Source: Eledone cirrhosa (lineage: Eukaryota). Taken from it: a stretch of 64,000 nt of DNA. Of the stretch, positions 7,801 through 22,800 are shown one piece after another. Positions within the stretch are counted from its first letter, which is position 1; the number at the start of each line of letters is the position of its first letter. Where the stretch lies: positions 2,480,001-2,544,000 of the forward strand of contig OZ024756.1 in the NCBI GenBank assembly GCA_964016885.1, written 5' to 3'. The translations under genes and the position numbers were made by a program. The notes under the pieces are model-generated. The model was given only the letters and a program-made list of their open reading frames with translations, was not told the origin of the DNA and did no database searches.

Positions 7801-10800
7801 ACTACTACTGCAGTGTATGTCAAGTCAGTCTCACTACTACTGCAGTGTATGTCAAGTCAGTGTCACTACTACTGCAGTGTATGTCAAGTCAGTGTCACCA
7901 CTACTGCAGTGTATGTCAAGTCAGTGCCACTACTACTGCAGTGTATGTCAAGTCAGTGTCAGTACTACTGCAGTGCATGTCAAGTCAGTGTCACTACTGC
8001 TGCAGTGTATGTCAAGTCAGTGTCACTAATACTGCAGTGTATGTCAAGTCGGTGTCATTACTACTGAAGTGTATCTCAAGTCAGTGTCACTACTACTGCA
8101 GTGTATGTCAAGTCAGTGTCACTACTACTGCAGTGTATGTCAAGTCAGTGTCACTACTACTGCAGTGTATGTCAAGTCAGTGTCACTACTACTGAAGTGT
8201 ATGTCAAGTCAGTGTCACTACTACTGCAGTGTATGTCAAGTCAGTGTCACTACTACTGCAGTGTATGTCAAGTCGGTGTCACTACTACTGCAGTGTATGT
8301 CAAATCAGTACCACTACTACTGCAGTGTATGTCAAGTCAGTGTCACTACTACTGCAGTGTATGTCAAGTCAGTGTCACTACTACTGCAGTGTATGTCAAG
8401 TCAGTGCCACTACTACTGCAGTGTATGTCAAGTCAGTGTCACTACTACTGCAGTGTATATCAAGTCAGTACCACTATTACTGCAGTGTATGTCAAGTCAG
8501 TGTCACTACTACTGCAGTGTATGTCAAGTCAGTGCCACTACTACTGCAGTGTATGTCAAGTCGGTGTCACTACTACTGCAGTCCATGTCAAGTCGGTGTC
8601 ACTACTACTGCAGTGCATGTCAAGTCAGCGTCACTACTACTGAAGTGTATGTCAAGTCAGTGCCACTACTACTGCAGTGTATGTCAAGTCAGTGTCACTA
8701 CTACTGCAGTGCATGTCAAGTCAGTGTCACTACTACTGCAGTGTATGTCAAGTCAGTGTCACTACTACTGAAGTGTATGTCAAGTCAGTGCCACTACTAC
8801 TGCAGTTTATGTCAAGTCAGTACCACTACTACTGCAGTGTATGTCAAGTCAGTGTCACCACTACTGCAGTGTATGTCAAGTCAGTGCCACTACTACTGCA
8901 ATGTATGTCAAGTCAGTGTCACTACTACTGCAGTGCATGTCAAGTCAGTGTCACTACTACGGCAGTGTATGTCAAGTCAGTGTCACTACTACTGCAGTGT
9001 ATGTGAAGTCAGTGTCACTACTACTGAAGTGTATGTCAAGTGAGTGTCACTGCTACTGCAGTGCATGTGAAGTCAGTGTCACTACTACTGAAGTGTATGT
9101 CAAGTCAGTGTCACTACTACTGAAGTGTATGTCAAGTCAGTGTCACTACTACTGCAGTGTATGTCAAGTCAGTGCCACTACTACTGCAGTGTATGTCAAG
9201 TCGGTGTCACTACTACTGCAGTGTATGTCAAGTCAGTACCACTACTACTGCAGTGTATGTCAAGTCAGTGTCACTACTACTGCAGTGTATGTCAAGTCAG
9301 TGTCACTACTACTGCAGTGCATGTCAAGTCAGTGTCACTACTACTGCAGTGTATGTCAAGTCAGTGTCACTACTACTGCAGTGTATGTCGAGTCAGTGTC
9401 ACTACTACTGCAGTGTATGTCAAGTCAGTGTCACTACTACTGCAGTGTATGTCAAGTCAGTGTCACTACTACTGAAGTGTATGTCAAGTCAGTGTCACTA
9501 CTACTGCAGTGTATGTCAAGTCAGTGTCACTACTACTGGAGTGTATGTCAAGTCGGTGTCACTACTACTGCAGTGTATGTCAAGTCAGTACCACTACTAC
9601 TGCAGTGTATGTGAAGTCAGTACCACTACTACTGCAGTGTATGTCAAGTCAGTGTCACTACTACTGCAGTGTATGTCAAGTCAGTGCCACTACTACTGCA
9701 GTGTATGTCAAGTCAGTGTCACTACTACTGCAGTGTATGTCAAGTCAGTACCACTACTACTGCAGTGTATGTCAAGTCAGTGTCACTACTACTGCAGTGT
9801 ATGTCAAGTCAGTGCCACTACTACTGCAGTGTATGTCAAGTCGGTGTCACTACTACTGCAGTCCATGTCAAGTCAGTGTCACTACTACTGCAGTGTATGT
9901 CAAGTCAGTGTCACTACTACTGCAGTGTATGTCAAGTCAGTACCACTACTACTGCAGTGTATGTCAAGTCAGTGTCACTACTACTGAAGTGTATGTGAAG
10001 TCAGTGTCACTACTACTGCAGTGTATGTCAAGTCAGTGTCACTACTACTGCAGTGTATGTCAAGTCAGTATCACTACTACTGCAGTGTATGTCAAGTCAG
10101 TGTCACTACTACTGCAGTGTATGTCAAGTCAGTGTCACCACTACTGCAGTGTATGTCAAGTCAGTGCCACTACTACTGCAGTGTATGTCAAGTCAGTGTC
10201 AGTACTACTGCAGTGCATGTCAAGTCAGTGTCACTACTGCTGCAGTGTATGTCAAGTCAGTGTCACTAATACTGCAGTGTATGTCAAGTCAGTGTCATTA
10301 CTACTGCAGTGTATCTCAATTCAGTGTCACTACTACTGCAGTGTATGTCAAGTCAGTGTCACTACTACTGCATGTCAAGTCAGTGTCACTACTACTGCAG
10401 TGTATGTCAAGTCAGTGTCACTACTACTGCAGTGTATGTCAAGTCGGTGTCACTACTACTGCAGTGTATGTCAAGTCAGGACCACTACTACTGCAGTGTA
10501 TGTCAAGTCAGTGTCACTACTACTGCAGTGTATGTCAAGTCAGTGTCACTACTACTGCAGTGTATGTCAAGTCAGTGCCACTACTACTGCAGTGTATGTC
10601 AAGTCAGTGTCACTACTACTGCAGTGTATGTCAAGTCAGTACCACTATTACTGCAGTGTATGTCAAGTCGGTGTCACTACTACTGCAGTGTATGTCAAGT
10701 CAGTGCCACTACTACTGCAGTGTATGTCAAGTCGGTGTCACTACTACTGCAGTCCATGTCAAGTCGGTGTCACTACTACTGAAGTGTATGTCAAGTCAGT

Positions 10801-13800
10801 GCCACTACTACTGCAGTGTATGTCAAGTCAGTGCCACTACTACTGCAGTGTATGTCAAGTCGGTGTCACTACTACTGCAGTCCATGTCAAGTCGGTGTCA
10901 CTACTACTGCAGTGCATGTCAAGTCAGCGTCACTACTACTGCAGTGTATGTCAAGTCAGTGTCACTACTACTGCAGTGTATGTCAAGTCAGTGTCACTAC
11001 TACTGCAGTGTATGTCAAGTCAGTGTCACTACTACTGAAGTGTATGTCAAGTCAGTGTCACTACTACTGCAGTGTATGTCAAGTCAGTGTCACTACTACT
11101 GCAGTGTATGTCAAGTCGGTGTCACTACTACTGCAGTGTATGTCAAATCAGTACCACTACTACTGCAGTGTATGTCAAGTCAGTGTCACTACTACTGCAG
11201 TGTATGTCAAGTCAGTGTCACTACTACTGCAGTGTATGTCAAGTCAGTGCCACTACTACTGCAGTGTATGTCAAGTCAGTGTCACTACTACTGCAGTGTA
11301 TATCAAGTCAGTACCACTATTACTGCAGTGTATGTCAAGTCAGTGTCACTACTACTGCAGTGTATGTCAAGTCAGTGCCACTACTACTGCAGTGTATGTC
11401 AAGTCGGTGTCACTACTACTGCAGTCCATGTCAAGTCGGTGTCACTACTACTGCAGTGCATGTCAAGTCAGCGTCACTACTACTGAAGTGTATGTCAAGT
11501 CAGTGCCACTACTACTGCAGTGTATGTCAAGTCAGTGTCACTACTACTGCAGTGCATGTCAAGTCAGTGTCACTACTACTGCAGTGTATGTCAAGTCAGT
11601 GTCACTACTACTGAAGTGTATGTCAAGTCAGTGCCACTACTACTGCAGTTTATGTCAAGTCAGTACCACTACTACTGCAGTGTATGTCAAGTCAGTGTCA
11701 CCACTACTGCAGTGTATGTCAAGTCAGTGCCACTACTACTGCAATGTATGTCAAGTCAGTGTCACTACTACTGCAGTGCATGTCAAGTCAGTGTCACTAC
11801 TACGGCAGTGTATGTCAAGTCAGTGTCACTACTACTGCAGTGTATGTGAAGTCAGTGTCACTACTACTGAAGTGTATGTCAAGTGAGTGTCACTGCTACT
11901 GCAGTGCATGTGAAGTCAGTGTCACTACTACTGAAGTGTATGTCAAGTCAGTGTCACTACTACTGAAGTGTATGTCAAGTCAGTGTCACTACTACTGCAG
12001 TGTATGTCAAGTCAGTGCCACTACTACTGCAGTGTATGTCAAGTCGGTGTCACTACTACTGCAGTGTATGTCAAGTCAGTACCACTACTACTGCAGTGTA
12101 TGTCAAGTCAGTGTCACTACTACTGCAGTGTATGTCAAGTCAGTGTCACTACTACTGCAGTGCATGTCAAGTCAGTGTCACTACTACTGCAGTGTATGTC
12201 AAGTCAGTGTCACTACTACTGCAGTGTATGTCGAGTCAGTGTCACTACTACTGCAGTGTATGTCAAGTCAGTGTCACTACTACTGCAGTGTATGTCAAGT
12301 CAGTGTCACTACTACTGAAGTGTATGTCAAGTCAGTGTCACTACTACTGCAGTGTATGTCAAGTCAGTGTCACTACTACTGGAGTGTATGTCAAGTCGGT
12401 GTCACTACTACTGCAGTGTATGTCAAGTCAGTACCACTACTACTGCAGTGTATGTGAAGTCAGTACCACTACTACTGCAGTGTATGTCAAGTCAGTGTCA
12501 CTACTACTGCAGTGTATGTCAAGTCAGTGCCACTACTACTGCAGTGTATGTCAAGTCAGTGTCACTACTACTGCAGTGTATGTCAAGTCAGTACCACTAC
12601 TACTGCAGTGTATGTCAAGTCAGTGTCACTACTACTGCAGTGTATGTCAAGTCAGTGCCACTACTACTGCAGTGTATGTCAAGTCGGTGTCACTACTACT
12701 GCAGTCCATGTCAAGTCAGTGTCACTACTACTGCAGTGTATGTCAAGTCAGTGTCACTACTACTGCAGTGTATGTCAAGTCAGTACCACTACTACTGCAG
12801 TGTATGTCAAGTCAGTGTCACTACTACTGAAGTGTATGTGAAGTCAGTGTCACTACTACTGCAGTGTATGTCAAGTCAGTGTCACTACTACTGCAGTGTA
12901 TGTCAAGTCAGTATCACTACTACTGCAGTGTATGTCAAGTCAGTGTCACTACTACTGCAGTGTATGTCAAGTCAGTGTCACCACTACTGCAGTGTATGTC
13001 AAGTCAGTGCCACTACTACTGCAGTGTATGTCAAGTCAGTGTCAGTACTACTGCAGTGCATGTCAAGTCAGTGTCACTACTGCTGCAGTGTATGTCAAGT
13101 CAGTGTCACTAATACTGCAGTGTATGTCAAGTCAGTGTCATTACTACTGCAGTGTATCTCAATTCAGTGTCACTACTACTGAAGTGTATGTCAAGTCAGT
13201 GCCACTACTACTGCAGTGTATGTCAAGTCAGTCTCACTACTACTGAAGTGTATGTCAAGTCAGTACCACTACTACTGCAGTTTATATCAAGTCAGTACCA
13301 CTACTACTGCAGTGTATGTCAAGTCAGTGTCACCACTACTGTAGAGTATGTCAAGTCAGTGCCACTACTACTGCAGTGTATGTCAAGTCGGTGTCACTAC
13401 TACTGCAGTCCATGTCAAGTCAGTGTCACTACTACTGCAGTGTATGTCAAGTCAGTGTCACTACTACTGAAGTGTATGTCAAGTCAGTGCCACTACTACT
13501 GCAGTGTATGTCAAGTCAGTACCACTACTACTGCAGTGTATGTCAAGTCAGTGTCACCACTACTGCAGTGTATGTCAAGTCAGTGCCACTACTACTGCAG
13601 TGTATGTCATGTCAGTGTCACTACTACTGCAGTGCATGTCAAGTCAGTGTCACTACTACTGCAGTGTATGTCAAGTCAGTGTCACTACTACTGCAGTGTA
13701 TGTCAAGTCAGTGTCACTACTACTAAAGTGTATGTCAAGTCAGTGTCACTACTACTGCAGTGCATGTCAAGTCAGTGTCACTACTACTGAAGTGTATGTC

Positions 13801-16800
13801 AAGTCAGTGTCACTACTACTGAAGTGTATGTCAAGTCAGTGTCACTACTACTGCAGTGTATGTCAAGTCAGTGTCACTACTACTGCAGTGTATGTCAAGT
13901 CAGTGTCACTACTACTGCAGTGTATGTCAAATCAGTGTCACTACTACTGCAGTGTATGTCAAGTCAGTGTCACTACTACTGCAGTGTATGTCAAGTCAGT
14001 GTCACTACTACTGCAGTGCATGTCAAGTCAGTGTCACTACTACTGAAGTGTATGTCAAGTCGGTGTCACTACTACTGCAGTGTATGTCAAGTCAGTCTCA
14101 CTACTACTGCAGTGTATGTCAAGTCAGTGTCACTACTACTGCAGTGTATGTCAAGTCAGTGTCACCACTACTGCAGTGTATGTCAAGTCAGTGCCACTAC
14201 TACTGCAGTGTATGTCAAGTCAGTGTCAGTACTACTGCAGTGCATGTCAAGTCAGTGTCACTACTGCTGCAGTGTATGTCAAGTCAGTGTCACTAATACT
14301 GCAGTGTATGTCAAGTCAGTGTCATTACTACTGCAGTGTATCTCAAGTCAGTGTCACTACTACTGCAGTGTATGTCAAGTCAGTGTCACTACTACTGCAT
14401 GTCAAGTCAGTGTCACTACTACTGCAGTGTATGTCAAGTCAGTGTCACTACTACTGCAGTATATGTCAAGTCAGTGTCACTACTACTGAAGTGTATGTCA
14501 AGTCAGTGTCACTACTACTGCAGTGTATGTCAAGTCAGTGTCACTACTACTGCAGTGTATGTCAAGTCGGTGTCACTACTACTGCAGTGTACGTCAAGTC
14601 AGTACCACTACTACTGCAGTGTATGTCAAGTCAGCGTCACTACTACTGCAGTGTATGTCAAGTCAGTGTCACTACTACTGCAGTGTATGTCAAGTCAGTG
14701 CCACTACTACTGCAGTGTATGTCAAGTCAGTGTCACTACTACTGCAGTGTATGTCAAGTCAGTACCACTATTACTGCAGTGTATGTCAAGTCGGTGTCAC
14801 TACTACTGCAGTGTATGTCAAGTCAGTGCCACTACTACTGCAGTGTATGTCAAGTCGGTGTCACTACTACTGCAGTCCATGTCAAGTCGGTGTCACTACT
14901 ACTGAAGTGTATGTTAAGTCAGTGCCACTACTACTGCAGTGTATGTCAAGTCAGTGTCACTACTACTGCAGTGCATGTCAAGTCAGTGTCACTACTACTG
15001 CAGTGTATGTCAAGTCAGTCTCACTACTACTGAAGTGTATGTCAAGTCAGTACCACTACTACTGCAGTTTATATCAAGTCAGTACCACTACTACTGCAGT
15101 GTATGTCAAGTCAGTGTCACCACTACTGCAGAGTATGTCAAGTCAGTGCCACTACTACTGCAATGTATGTCAAGTCAGTGTCACTACTACTGCAGTGCAT
15201 GTCAAGTCAGTGTCACTACTACTGCAGTGTATGTCAAGTCAGTGTCACTACTACTGCAGTGTATGTGAAGTCAGTGTCACTACTACTGAAGTGTATGTCA
15301 AGTCAGTGTCACTACTACTGCAGTGCATGTCAAGTCAGTGTCACTACTACTGAAGTGTATGTCAAGTCAGTGTCACTACTACTGAAGTGTATGTCAAGTC
15401 AGTGTCACTACTACTGCAGTGTATGTCAAGTCGGTGTCACTACTACTGCAGTGTATGTCAAGTCAGTACCACTACTACTGCAGTGTATGTCAAGTCAGTG
15501 TCACTACTAATGCAGTGTATGTCAAGTCAGTGTCACTACTACTGCAGTGTATGTCAAGTCAGTGCCACTACTACTGCAGTGTATGTCAAGTCAGTGTCAC
15601 TACTATTGAAGTGTATGTCAAGTCAGTGCCACTACTACTGCAGTGTATGTCAAGTCAGTGTCACTACTACTGAAGTGTATGTCATGTCAGTGCCACTACT
15701 ACTGAAGTGTATGTCAAGTCAGTGCCACTACTACTGCAGTGTATGTCAAGTCAGTGTCACTACTACTGCAGTGTATGTCAAGTCAGTACCACTACTACTG
15801 CAGTGTATGTCAAGTCAGTGTCACTACTACTGCAGTGCATGTCAAGTCAGTGTCACTACTAATGAAGTGTATGTCAAGTCAGTGTCACTTCTACTGCAGT
15901 GTATGTCAAGTCAGTGTGACTACTACTGAAGTGTATGTCAAGTCAGTGTCACTACTACTGCAGTTTATGTCAAGTCAGTGCCACTACTACTGCAGTACAT
16001 GTCAAGTCAGTGTCACTACTACTGAAGTGTATGTCAAGTCAGTGTCACTACTACTGCAGTGCATGTCAAGTCAGTGCCACTACTACTGCAGTGTATGTCA
16101 AGTCAGTGTCACTACTACTGCAGTTATATGTCAAGTCAGTGTCACTACTACTGCAGTGTATGTCAAGTCAGTGTCACTACTACTGCAGTGTATGTCAAGT
16201 CAGTGTCACTACTACTGCAGTGTATGTCAAGTCAGTGTCACTAATACTGCAGTGTATGTCAAGTCAGTGTCATTACTACTGCAGTGTATCTCAAGTCAGT
16301 GTCACTACTACTGCAGTGTATGTCAAGTCAGTGTCACTACTACTGCATGTCAAGTCAGTGTCACTACTACTGCAGTGTATGTCAAGTCAGTGTCACTACT
16401 ACTGCAGTGTATGTCAAGTCAGTGTCACTACTACTGAAGTGTATGTCAAGTCAGTGTCACTACTACTGCAGTGTATGTCAAGTCAGTGTCACTACTACTG
16501 CAGTGTATGTCAAGTCGGTGTCACTACTACTGCAGTGTATGTCAAGTCAGTACCACTACTACTGCAGTGTATGTCAAGTCAGTGTCACTACTACTGCAGT
16601 GTATGTCAAGTCAGTGTCACTACTACTGCAGTGTATGTCAAGTCAGTGCCACTACTACTGCAGTGTATGTCAAGTCAGTGTCACTACTACTGCAGTGTAT
16701 GTCAAGTGAGTACCACTATTACTGCAGTGTATGTCAAGTCGGTGTCACTACTACTGCAGTGTATGTCAAGTCAGTGCCACTACTACTGCAGTGTATGTCA

Positions 16801-19800
16801 AGTCGGTGTCACTACTACTGCAGTCCATGTCAAGTCGGTGTCACTACTACTGAAGTGTATGTCAAGTCAGTGCCACTACTACTGCAGTGTATGTCAAGTC
16901 AGTGTCACTACTACTGCAGTGCATGTCAAGTCAGTGTCACTACTACTGCAGTGTATGTCAAGTCAGTACCACTACTACTGCAGTTTATATCAAGTCAGTA
17001 CCACTACTACTGCAGTGTATGTCAAGTCAGTGTCACCACTACTGCAGAGTATGTCAAGTCAGTGCCACTACTACTGCAATGTATGTCAAGTCAGTGTCAC
17101 TACTACTGCAGTGCATGTCAAGTCAGTGTCACTACTACTGCAGTGTATGTCAAGTCAGTGTCACTACTACTGCAGTGTATGTGAAGTCAGTGTCACTACT
17201 ACTGAAGTGTATGTCAAGTCAGTGTCACTACTACTGCAGTGCATGTCAAGTCAGTGTCACTACTACTGAAGTGTATGTCAAGTCAGTGTCACTACTACTG
17301 AAGTGTATGTCAAGTCAGTGTCACTACTACTGCAGTGTATGTCAAGTCGGTGTCACTACTACTGCAGTGTATGTCAAGTCAGTACCACTACTACTGCAGT
17401 GTATGTCAAGTCAGTGTCACTACTAATGCAGTGTATGTCAAGTCAGTGTCACTACTACTGCAGTGTATGTCAAGTCAGTGCCACTACTACTGCAGTGTAT
17501 GTCAAGTCAGTGTCACTACTATTGAAGTGTATGTCAAGTCAGTGCCACTACTACTGCAGTGTATGTCAAGTCAGTGTCACTACTACTGAAGTGTATGTCA
17601 TGTCAGTGCTACTACTACTGAAGTGTATGTCAAGTCAGTGCCACTACTACTGCAGTGTATGTCAAGTCAGTGTCACTACTACTGCAGTGTATGTCAAGTC
17701 AGTACCACTACTACTGCAGTGTATGTCAAGTCAGTGTCACTACTACTGCAGTGCATGTCAAGTCAGTGTCACTACTACTGAAGTGTATGTCAAGTCAGTG
17801 TCACTTCTACTGCAGTGTATGTCAAGTCAGTGTGACTACTACTGAAGTGTATGTCAAGTCAGTGTCACTACTACTGCAGTTTATGTCAAGTCAGTGCCAC
17901 TACTACTGCAGTACATGTCACGTCAGTGTCACTACTACTGAAGTGTATGTCAAGTCAGTGTCACTACTACTGCAGTGCATGTCAAGTCAGTGCCACTACT
18001 ACTGCAGTGTATGTCATGTCAGTGTCACTACTACTGCAGTTATATGTCAAGTCAGTGTCACTACTACTGCAGTGTATGTCAAGTCAGTGTCACTACTACT
18101 GCAGTGTATGTCAAGTCAGTGTCACTACTACTGCAGTGCATGTCAAGTCAGTGCCACTACTACTGCAGTACATGTCAAGTCAGTGTCACTACTACTGAAG
18201 TATATGTCAAGTCAGTGCCACTACTACTGCAGTGCATGTCAAGTCAGTGCCACTACTACTGCAGTGTATGTCAAGTCAGTGTCACTACTACTGCAGTGTA
18301 TGTCAAGTCAGTGCCACTACTACTGCAGTGTATGTCAAGTCAATGTCACTACAACTGCAGTGCATGTCAAGTCAGTGTCACTACTACTGCAGTGTATGTC
18401 AAGTCAGTGTCACTACTACTGCAGTGTATGTTAAGTCAGTGCCACTACTACTGCAGTGCATGTCAAGTCAGTGCCACTACTACTGCAGTGTATGTCAAGT
18501 CATTGCCACTACTACTGCAGTGCATGTCAAGTCAGTGTCACTACAACTGCAGTGTATCTCAAGTCAGTGCCACTACTACTGCAGTGTATGTTAAGTCAGT
18601 GTCACTACTACTGCAGTGTATGTCAAGTCAGTGTCACTACAACTGCAGAGCATGTCAAGTCAGTGTCACTGCTACTGCAGTGTATGTCAAGTCAGTACCA
18701 CTACTACTGCAGTGTATGTCAAGTCAGTGTCACTACTACTGCAGTGTATGTCAAGTCAGTGCCACTACTACTGCAGTGTATGTCAAGTCAGTGTCACTAC
18801 TACTGAAGTGTATGTCAAGACAGTGTCACTACTACTGCAGTGTATGTGAAGTCAGTGTCACTACTACTGCAGTGTATGTCAAGTCAGTGTCACTACTACT
18901 GCAGTGTATGTCAAGTCAGTGTCACTACTACTGCAGTGTATGTCAAGTCAGTACCACTACTACTGAAGTGTATTTTTAAGTCGGTGTCACTACTACTGCA
19001 GTGTATGTCAAGCCTGTGTCACTACTATTGCAGTGTATGTCTAGTCAGTACCACTACTACTGAATTGTATGTCAAGTCGGTGTCACTACTACTGCAGTCC
19101 ATGTCAAGTCGGTGTCACTACTACTGCAGTGTATGTCAAGTCAGTGCCAGTACTACTGAAGTGTATGTCAAGTCAGTGTCACTACTACTGAAGTGTATGT
19201 CAAATCAGCGTCGCTACTACTGAAGTGTATGTCAAGTCAGTAACACTACTACTGCAGTGCATGTCAAGTCGGTGACACTACTACTGAAGTGTATGTCAAG
19301 TCGGTGTCACTACTACTGCAGTCCATGTCAAGTCGGTGTCACTACTACTGCAGTGTATGTCAAATCAGTGTCACTACTACTGCAGTGTATTTCAAGTCAG
19401 TGTGACTACTACTGAAGTGTATGTCAAGTCAGTGTCACTACTACTGCAGTGTATGTCAAGTCAGTTCCACTACTACTGCAGTACATGTCAAGTCAGTGTT
19501 ACTACTACTGCAGTGTATGTCAAGTCAGTGTCACTACTACTGCAGTGTATGTCAAGTCAGTGTCACTACTACTGAAGTGTATGTCAAGTCAGTGTCACTA
19601 CTACTGCAGTGTATGTCAAGTCAGTGTCACTACTACTGCAGTGTATGTCAAGTCGGTGTCACTACTACTGCAGTGTATGTCAAGTCAGTACCACTACTAC
19701 TGCAGTGTATGTCAAGCCTGTGTCACTACTGAAGTGTATGTCAAGTCAGTGTCACTACTACTGCAGTGCATGTCAAGTCAGTGCCACTACTACTGCAGTG

Positions 19801-22800
19801 TATGTCAAGTCAGTGTCACTACTACTGCAGTTATATGTCAAGTCAGTGTCACTACTACTGCAGTGTATGTCAAGTCAGTGTCACTACTACTGCAGTGTAT
19901 GTCAAGTCAGTGTCACTACTACTGCAGTGCATGTCAAGTCAGTGCCACTACTACTGCAGTACATGTCAAGTCAGTGTCACTACTACTGAAGTATATGTCA
20001 AGTCAGTGCCACTACTACTGCAGTGCATGTCAAGTCAGTGCCACTACTAGTGCAGTGTATGTCAAGTCAGTGCCACTACTACTGCAGTGTATGTCAAGTC
20101 AATGTCACTACAACTGCAGTGCATGTCAAGTCAGTGTCACTACTACTGCAGTGTATGTCAAGTCAGTGTCACTACTACTGCAGTGTATGTTAAGTCAGTG
20201 CCACTACTACTGCAGTGCATGTCAAGTCAGTGCCACTACTACTGCAGTGTATGTCAAGTCAGTGCCACTACTACTGCAGTGCATGTCAAGTCAGTGTCAC
20301 TACAACTGCAGTGTATGTGAAGTCAGTGCCACTACTACTGCAGTGTATGTCAAGTCAGTGTCACTACTACTGCAGTGTATGTCAAGTCAGTGTCACTACT
20401 ACTGAAGTGTATGTCAAGTCAGTGTCACTACTACTGCAGTGTATGTCAAGTCAGTGTCACTACTACTGCAGTGTATGTCAAGTCGGTGTCACTACTACTG
20501 CAGTGTATGTCAAGTCAGTACCACTACTACTGCAGTGTATGTCAAGCCTGTGTCACTACTATTGCAGTGTATGTCTAGTCAGTACCACTACTACTGAATT
20601 GTATGTCAAGTCGGTGTCACTACTACTGCAGTCCATGTCAAGTCGGTGTCACTACTACTGCAGTGTATGTCAAGTCAGTGCCAGTACTACTGAAGTGTAT
20701 GTCAAGTCAGTGTCACTACTACTGAAGTGTATGTCAAATCAGCGTCGCTACTACTGAAGTGTATGTCAAGTCAGTAACACTACTACTGCAGTGTATATCA
20801 AGTCAGTGTCACTACTACTGCAGTGCATGTCAAGTCGGTGACACTACTACTGAAGTGTATGTCAAGTCGGTGTCACTACTACTGCAGTCCATGTCAAGTC
20901 GGTGTCACTACTACTGCAGTGTATGTCAAGTCGGTGTCACTACTACTGCAGTGTATGTCAAGTCGGTAATACTACTACTGCAGTGTATGTCAAGTCAGTG
21001 TCACTACTACTGAAGTGTATGTCAAATCAGCGTCGCTACTACTGAAGTGTATGTCAAGTCAGTACCACTACTACTGCAGTGTATGTCAAGTCAGTGTCAC
21101 TACTACTGCAGTGTATGTCAAGTCAGTGTCACTACTACTGCAGTGTATGTCAAGTCAGTGCCACTACTACTGCAGTGTATGTCAAGTCAGTCTCACTACT
21201 ACTGAAGTGTATGTCAAGTCAGTCTCACTACTACTGAAGTGTATGTCAAGTCAGTACCACTACTACTGCGGTTTATATCAAGTCAGTACCACTACTACTG
21301 CAGTGTATGTCAAGTCAGTGTCACCACTACTGCAGAGTATGTCAAGTCAGTGCCACTACTACTGCAATGTATGTCAAGTCAGTGTCACTACTACTGCAGT
21401 GCATGTCAAGTCAGTGTCACTACTACTGCAGTGTATGTCAAGTCAGTGTCACTACTACTGCAGTGTATGTCAAGTCAGTGTCACTACTACTGAAGTGTAT
21501 GTCAAGTCAGTGTCACTACTACTGCAGTGCATGTCAAGTCAGTGTCACTACTACTGAAGTGTATGTCAAGTCAGTGTCACTACTACTGAAGTGTATGTCA
21601 AGTCAGTGTCACTACTACTGCAGTGTATGTCAAGTCATTGTCACTACTACTGCAGTGTTTGTCAAGTCGGTGTCACTACTACTGCAGTGTATGTCAAGTC
21701 AGTACCACTACTACTGCAGTGTATGTCAAGTCAGTGTCACTACTAATGCAGTGTATGTCAAGTCAGTGTCACTACTACTGCAGTGTATGTCAAGTCAGTG
21801 CCACTACTACTGCAGTGTATGTCAAGTCAGTGTCACTACTATTGAAGTGTATGTCAAGTCAGTGCCACTACTACTGCAGTGTATGTCAAGTCAGTGTCAC
21901 TACTACTGAAGTATATGTCAAGTCAGTGCCACTACTACTGCAGTGCATGTCAAGTCAGTACCACTACTACTGCAGTGTATGTCAAGTCAGTGTCACTACT
22001 ACTGCAGTGTATGTCAAGTCAGTGTCACTACTACTGCAGTGTATGTTAAGTCAGTGCCACTACTACTGCAGTGCATGTCAAGTCAGTGCCACTACTACTG
22101 CAGTGTATGTCAAGTCAGTGCCACTACTACTGCAGTGCATGTCAAGTCAGTGTCACTACAACTGCAGTGTATGTGAAGTCAGTGCCACTACTACTGCAGT
22201 GTATGTCAAGTCAGTGTCACTACTACTGCAGTGTATGTCAAGTCAGTGTCACTACTACTGAAGTGTATGTCAAGTCAGTGTCACTACTACTGCAGTGTAT
22301 GTCAAGTCAGTGTCACTACTACTGCAGTGTATGTCAAGTCGGTGTCACTACTACTGCAGTGTATGTCAAGTCAGTACCACTACTACTGCAGTGTATGTCA
22401 AGCCTGTGTCACTACTATTGCAGTGTATGTCTAGTCAGTACCACTACTACTGAATTGTATGTCAAGTCGGTGTCACTACTACTGCAGTCCATGTCAAGTC
22501 GGTGTCACTACTACTGCAGTGTATGTCAAGTCAGTGCCAGTACTACTGAAGTGTATGTCAAGTCAGTGTCACTACTACTGAAGTGTATGTCAAATCAGCG
22601 TCGCTACTACTGAAGTGTATGTCAAGTCAGTAACACTACTACTGCAGTGTATATCAAGTCAGTGTCACTACTACTGCAGTGCATGTCAAGTCGGTGACAC
22701 TACTACTGAAGTGTATGTCAAGTCAGTGTCACTACTAATGCAGTGTATGTCAAGTCAGTCTCACTACTACTGAAGTGTATGTCAAGTCAGTACCACTACT

